From the human T2T-CHM13v2.0 reference genome, Homo sapiens: a stretch of DNA of 64,000 nt. The position numbers and the translations under genes are program-made. The stretch lies in assembly GCF_009914755.1 (NCBI RefSeq), contig NC_060926.1. One strand, 5' to 3'. The first letter of the stretch is position 1. Each line of letters begins with the position of its first letter. Shown piece by piece: positions 58,272 to 64,000 of this stretch. Below the pieces are notes generated by a model. It was not told where the DNA came from. It did not search any database and saw nothing but the letters and a program-made list of their open reading frames with translations.

Positions 58272-59368
58272 GGATCTGTGCTCTGAACAGGTTCAGGATC
58301 ATTGTTTGGTGACTTCCCCTCTCACAACAGCCCACAGTACAGGAGGAGGATGCCTTGAACCCACACAACTACCTTGAATTGTGGCATAACTGAGGGAAAA
58401 AGAAGGCCAGTGAATCATCGTCTAAGTGGCGTTTGCCTATAGGTAACATTATCTTCCTGTTCCTGGGAAACAGACAATAGAAGATTAACATGAAAAGAAG
58501 TTCCTCCTACTTGCATTTCTGGCCACCAAGAGCCAACAGACCTTTAAGAGTTTCCTTGTTTGCTTGTTGGCTTCTGTCTGTCTGCAGCAGCTCATTTACA
58601 CAGAACTGCACTTGTTTTGCTGGGGCCTCCATCTTCCTTTAGCGGGGGCTTTATGTAAGGACTGTCACGTGGAGGCAACACTTCTGCTGAGCAACGTGCC
58701 CAGCCCCGCTTAGATGTCTATACTAGGGAAGCTGTTACTAGAACAAGTAACGTCACAAGGTGCTCCACCTTCAGTACGCTAAAACCCCGAGAGGGCTCTG
58801 TCTAGGTCTCAGATTTGTCAAACACAAATCACACTTACTTTCCAACTCCATTGACTTAACCCTGGGATCATTTACTCCAGGCATAGATGGTAGCTTAAAT
58901 TTGAGCTTAGATTTTAATCATGGGTTTGTGCTATATTAAGACTTAACAGTCTAAGATATATGTAAAATGAATAAAATGTTTAACCCACATGAGGACTAAA
59001 TTTACATGATGCCAACTCCCACCAAAAAAAAAAAAAATCAGAAAAACAGACATTTGGACACAAAGTGACCAGGAAGTGTTCACCTTACGGGGTGCTGACA
59101 TTACGCCATGCCGGAAGCTCTGGCCACGTGAGAGGACCAAGACATCGCTTTTCTAAGATGAAATAAACACCAGCATGGAATGTTCTTGTCTTTGTATATT
59201 TAATTGGAGTTTTACAAATTTTTTTTTAATCTAAACCAGTGATTTAATTCTGGCAATCTTGTTGGACGGCGCGACTCACTCGTGTTCTACCAAATGTGGT
59301 GGCTGTTTCTGTGCTGCCTGGTGAAGCCACATCAATGTCATAAGCCCTCTGCTGCCCTGGGTCTGTGG

Positions 59369-59559
59369 CAGTGGTCCCCCCAGGGGACACTCAGCAGTGA
59401 CTGCAGGCATCTTTGGTTGTCACGAAGGGGTGGATGCTCCTGGCATCTGGTGGGTGAGGCCCAGGGGTGCCGCACAGGTCCCACGGTGCGGAGGACGGCC
59501 CCCACGGCAAACAGCCATCTGCCCCCACTTGCCAGCACTGCAGAGGCTGAGGAATCTGG
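59369..59559 (+). mobile_element. MER20-like hAT-Charlie element
   Basis: CAGTGG..CCCCCAGGGGACA..TTTGGTTGTCAC..GGATGCTCCTGGCATCTGGTGGGT.AGGCC..GCCCCCAC..GAGGCTGAG. Confidence 0.75.
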
Positions 59560-59944
59560 GTGAAGAGCTTGCAACGTTGGCACGGAGTCTGGAGAATCCT
59601 CCCACAAGTTGCATGCTTCATTTTTCTTTGGTGGCATTCACAATGTGTGCTTTTCATAGACACGTGCTGTTTAAACATAGCTCTCAAATGGCTGGGATGT
59701 GAGCACAGGAGCGAGTTACCTTCAGTGAGATTTTAATGACAAAACAATCATCCTGTGAGTTCTGTTTCTAATCCAAAACGCCAGCCAGTCAGGTGAGGGT
59801 CCCCCACTCTGACTGTTGGGATCTGGTCACTCAGGGACAGACAGCAGGTTTCACTCAGCTACTCTGTACAGACAACCGTGCTCTAGGGGGCGGGGTGGTG
59901 AGGGGGGGGCCATTATCCACTGCTGACAGTGTCTTTAACTCTCC

Positions 59945-60143
59945 TAGCTTCCTTTATCTCCCTCTCTCCTTCCCTTCCCTCGCTCCCTTCCCTCCTGCCC
60001 CTCCCTCCTTCCCTTTCCTTCCCCTTCCCTTCCCTTCCCCTCCCCCTCCCCCTTCCTTCCTTCCTTCCTTCCTTCCTTCCTTCCTTCCTTCCTTCCTTCC
60101 TTCCTTCCTTCCTTCCTTCCCTGTCTTTTCTCTCTTTCTTTTT
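59945..60143. repeat. Polypyrimidine tract with a perfect (CCTT)n run at 60051-60120
   Basis: About 17 CCTT units plus flanking C/T low-complexity sequence. Confidence 0.95.
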
Positions 60144-60418
60144 TATTGCAAGCAGTATGTTAAAAGCAGGAGGCCTCATCTGCGTCTGGACTGCGTACTT
60201 TATAAGCTAAAATTTAGAGAGCTGAAAGGGAGCAGCTACCTTACAACTTCGTTTATTTGATAGATGCAGCACTGTTTCCCATACAGGGAGACTTCACTTT
60301 AAATCGGTCTTATTTCAGAAACATTCTTGTCTTTACCTCAGCATTGGCTGTTGGTACATCTAAACATGACTTCACCATTCACAGCATGTAGTGGATTCGC
60401 CTTTGTGTGGACGATATG

Positions 60419-60879
60419 TTCACAAAGGTTTTCTTCTTGACCAAAACTTTAGTTGAGCTCCTCTGGGTCCTTTACTAGAATGCACCCGACCTTGGCTTCC
60501 CTCTCTGTGCTTGTAGGATCCAGTTTGAGCAAGAATCCTGCTAACTCAGTTTAAGAACAATTCCCCACCATCAGTGTCGGAGCATTTGGATATCCTACCA
60601 CCCTGGCCGGCCATCAGCAATGACAGCAATGATCCCATCAAGTCCGTCTGGCCAGAAATCCCTTCTCCTTGGTGCTTCCCGTGGGGAATTTTCCATCCAC
60701 TGACCCCAATCTGCTCCTTGGTTGTAAATCCCCACTTGTCCTCATTAGGGTTTGAGCTGAGTCCAGTCTCCCCGACTACAGGAGCTCATTGCATGGCGCC
60801 TGGACCTCTTGCCCTGCCCACCCCGCTTGAATAGTCTGGTGTACCATCTTTAACAAGTGGTAAATTTTTTCTCGAATAG
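60419..60879 (+). mobile_element. MER31-like ERV1 solo LTR
   Basis: CTTGACCAAAACTTTAG..GCAAGAATCCTGCTAA.TCAGTTTA..AATTTTCCATCCACTGACCCC..CTGCTCCTTGG.TGTAAATCCCCACTTGTCCT..TTTAACAAGTG. Confidence 0.75.
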
Positions 60880-61363
60880 TACCACAATTTCTTTCCATTC
60901 TCGGCTAAATAGTGCCTGTCCTAAATTCCATGTTAATCCAGTAGTTACTGAATGTCAAGTGGTATAGAATTTTTGTTATCTCACATGATGAAATCTCTAT
61001 ATTATATTTTAGACAGTACCTTCTTTTTGGGAGAGACAGTGCCTAGACTTTGTAACATTAAGTGCTTCTTAATGTTACATTCTGCTTAGAATAACTGTAC
61101 AGCTTTGTGGTCCAATCTTAATATTTAAGAGACCAACTCTCAGTGGCATTAGAATGTGTGTCTCTTGATGGCTTTTCTCAGGGATCTTATAGTAGATACT
61201 GTTCTTTTGCCTTTACTCTTCCAATTTAGAAAGAAGTGCAGCTGGATAGGTGGAATGTTTCTCAGTGGGGCCACTTGCACTGCATGTGAGATGTCCTGAG
61301 AGGAGCCAGTGGCCCTGGAAAAGGAAGGTTTGCTTTCTAAGAGAAGCTCCAATGAGGACGTCA

Positions 61364-61639
<276 letters not shown>

Positions 61640-62394
61640 TTAATCCAAAAAGCAAACTAACTCTATTGCTTCACTTCCTACTTGAAAGAGGCTGAGTGGA
61701 GCCGGAAGCTCCCTCATGGAGCTGGAAGTCACCATGACCACACACACACCTTCCAGAGCACCGGGAGCTTCGTGGCTGCTCAGCTCCCCACAGTCTCTGG
61801 AGCAGATGCCGCGCTTTTGGTCCCTAGGCTGCTCATTCTAGAACCTGTATTCCCTCCTAACAGCCCGCCTTTCCTCCCCTCATTCTTAAAGCTCAGCAGA
61901 GCCAGCAACCACAGGGCTTGTTACTGCACCAGCCCACGTGGGAAGCAAGGCTCACACATGAACAGACATGCCCTGGGGTCTGAGAGAATGGTTTTAGTCT
62001 GAACTCAGACCCCAGCACTGCAAAGGCACCCCTTCCACAGACTGGCCAGGGCTGCGGCCAGCCTGGGTGGTCCCAGGGAGCAGTGAGGGTATCGACCCGC
62101 ATCTGGACCATGGGAATGCAGGCCGACTGTCTTTCCGATGACCACTGTGCACTCAGGCAGGTTTGACAGACCTTAAAATAGTTGTTACTCTTGAGCGACA
62201 TGAAGAACATAAATCAGTTCAGATCCACCAGGTCAGTCAGTGGAGAGGCTCTGAACAGTTCATGGGGACATACACTCATCTGCTGAAGCCTACCGAGGCA
62301 ACCCCATCCCGTTTCTTAATTAAGGTCTTGCTATTTCTCTAATCAGAGACTTTTTTTAAGAAAAAGAGCTTTATAATTATATTGCCCTCCGTAT

Positions 62395-62470
62395 AACTTC
62401 TTAACTATGCTGTCTCAAGAATAATGAGATCAACTTCTTAACTATGCTGTCTCAAGAATAATGAGATCAC
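62395..62470. repeat. Perfect 38-bp tandem duplication
   Basis: AACTTCTTAACTATGCTGTCTCAAGAATAATGAGATCA occurs twice. Confidence 0.92.
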
Positions 62471-64000
62471 ACCGCAAACACATTTTCACTTTGAGCTATT
62501 TCAGTTGCATTTGCACCCACCATGAATGTAAAAATTAAGAAAAAATTCCCTTTATTTCCATTACATTTGTAATTCTCCAAAAATGACAAGGAGAAAGCAA
62601 CTTAGTGAGCAATATTACACCTAGTAGGAAGCATCAAAGCATACTCCATGCCCCTTCCCACCTCAGTGAGTACCCGAATTCTTGTCAAGATCAAGAATCA
62701 CAATTTAAAAATATTTTAATACATGTCTACTGCTCCTAGAGATTTCAATTTGCTTTCCACTCAGAAAGTCACTATGGATAGGGTACTGGGGGCTGAGACC
62801 AGGACGGCAAAGTGCTTGCTTACAGGTGGGCTTTCTCAAGATCAGAGGAGAATGGCAGGGATTAGAGTGGGAACACATGACATTGGCCGAATTTTAAGTG
62901 TATGAATGTCACATTTTGATACTTGGATGTGTAAATGGTTTTCAGTACTCTCCTTTAGTCCTAAGAAAGGGAACAGAACTCTAGATCTCAGGGTATAGAA
63001 GTGGATGTTTTCCACATCATATTAGAGGAAGAGTCTAATTTATGACCTGCTCCCGGGGAGAATGAGAGGGTCACTGAGTGAAGAAGCAGTAAAGGGTTCT
63101 TCTGTGTGCTCCCATCACTGCTCTTCAGCCTAAGGGGAACTGGGGATTTTAAAAGAGGAGTTTGGGGCAGAACAGTGATGAGGTATTTCAAACAGCGTCT
63201 GCATATCATGAGCAACAACTCCAAATCCAATTGTTAGACCTGATTTTTGTTCAAGTAACAGCTGTTCACATATACTTAAAGTTTGATCGTAAGACTATTC
63301 AGTCAGTTGCTAAGTAATTATTGTCTAAAAAATAAATTAAATGACTGAACTTAACTAGCTGGTTTTTCAAATGACACCTTATGTGGGTAAACTCCAAACC
63401 CATATGCTTACATAGGAAGACATTTGAAAGCAACAAAAATCATTCTATCCAAGAGAAGCTAATCGTGGCGCATGTATCTGTATTAAAAATGTATCAAGAA
63501 ACAAATTTTTCCTACCAGCCACCAATACATACTTGGTATTACTTTTTGCTTAAGAAAAGAAAAAGATTCTTAAACTTTCTAATTCAAGTACATAGTGCAT
63601 GTTTATTTAAAATTTATTCATTTTAATATGGCTAAACATTTTTGAGATGTTCTTTTTTGTTGGGGCAGAAGGAAGTTGACTCTTCTGCTCAAATTTAAAG
63701 TGAGATATTATAGCCAAATAATTCAGTGAAAATCATATTTTTACTACCTATAAAAGTTTTTGTGGTAGTTTTTATGTGTTTAAATGTCATTTATGAAAGT
63801 ATAATCCATTGTTTGATAAGAAAATAGGTGTTTTAACCAGCACCTGTGGCAACTTAATGTCCTGTCAAATACTTTTATTGCTTGGTTTATGTGTCCTTCT
63901 TGTTATAGGAGAATATGCCTTTTTAAAAAGCTTATTAATAGCACTTTCCCAATTTATATCTTAAAAATCCAAAGAACACTGGATTAATAAAATTTGGGAG

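Overview
Primate, most likely human, genomic DNA (Alu/AluY, THE1, MIR, L2, MER elements). The window holds the 3' part of MYT1L (myelin transcription factor 1-like; human 2p25.3 by established knowledge) on the minus strand. Seven coding exons could be placed by hand with GT-AG boundaries and a continuous reading frame: 61571-61509, 50727-50644, 49254-49033, 18979-18888, 11611-11508, 2266-2123 and 1809-1669 (TGA). They encode the three C-terminal CCHHC zinc fingers and the acidic coiled-coil tail ending in AVRGIQV, and are followed by 3' UTR to the left edge. The rest is intron, rich in interspersed repeats and minisatellites. None of the long ORFs in the track looks like a real gene. The most interesting pattern is the modular phase-2 exon layout of the zinc-finger cluster. 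Skipping the 84+222-nt exons rebuilds a perfect single finger. Back-splicing the same two exons would give a 306-nt stop-free circle with an in-frame AUG whose junction also rebuilds a finger; this is a prediction only. Other points of note are a minisatellite born from a DNA-transposon terminal repeat, two AluY copies inside one target-site duplication next to an acceptor, poly(A)-type signals in the weak last intron, and a strong CTCF-like site. Repeat subfamily names are from recall of consensus sequences, not from a search.
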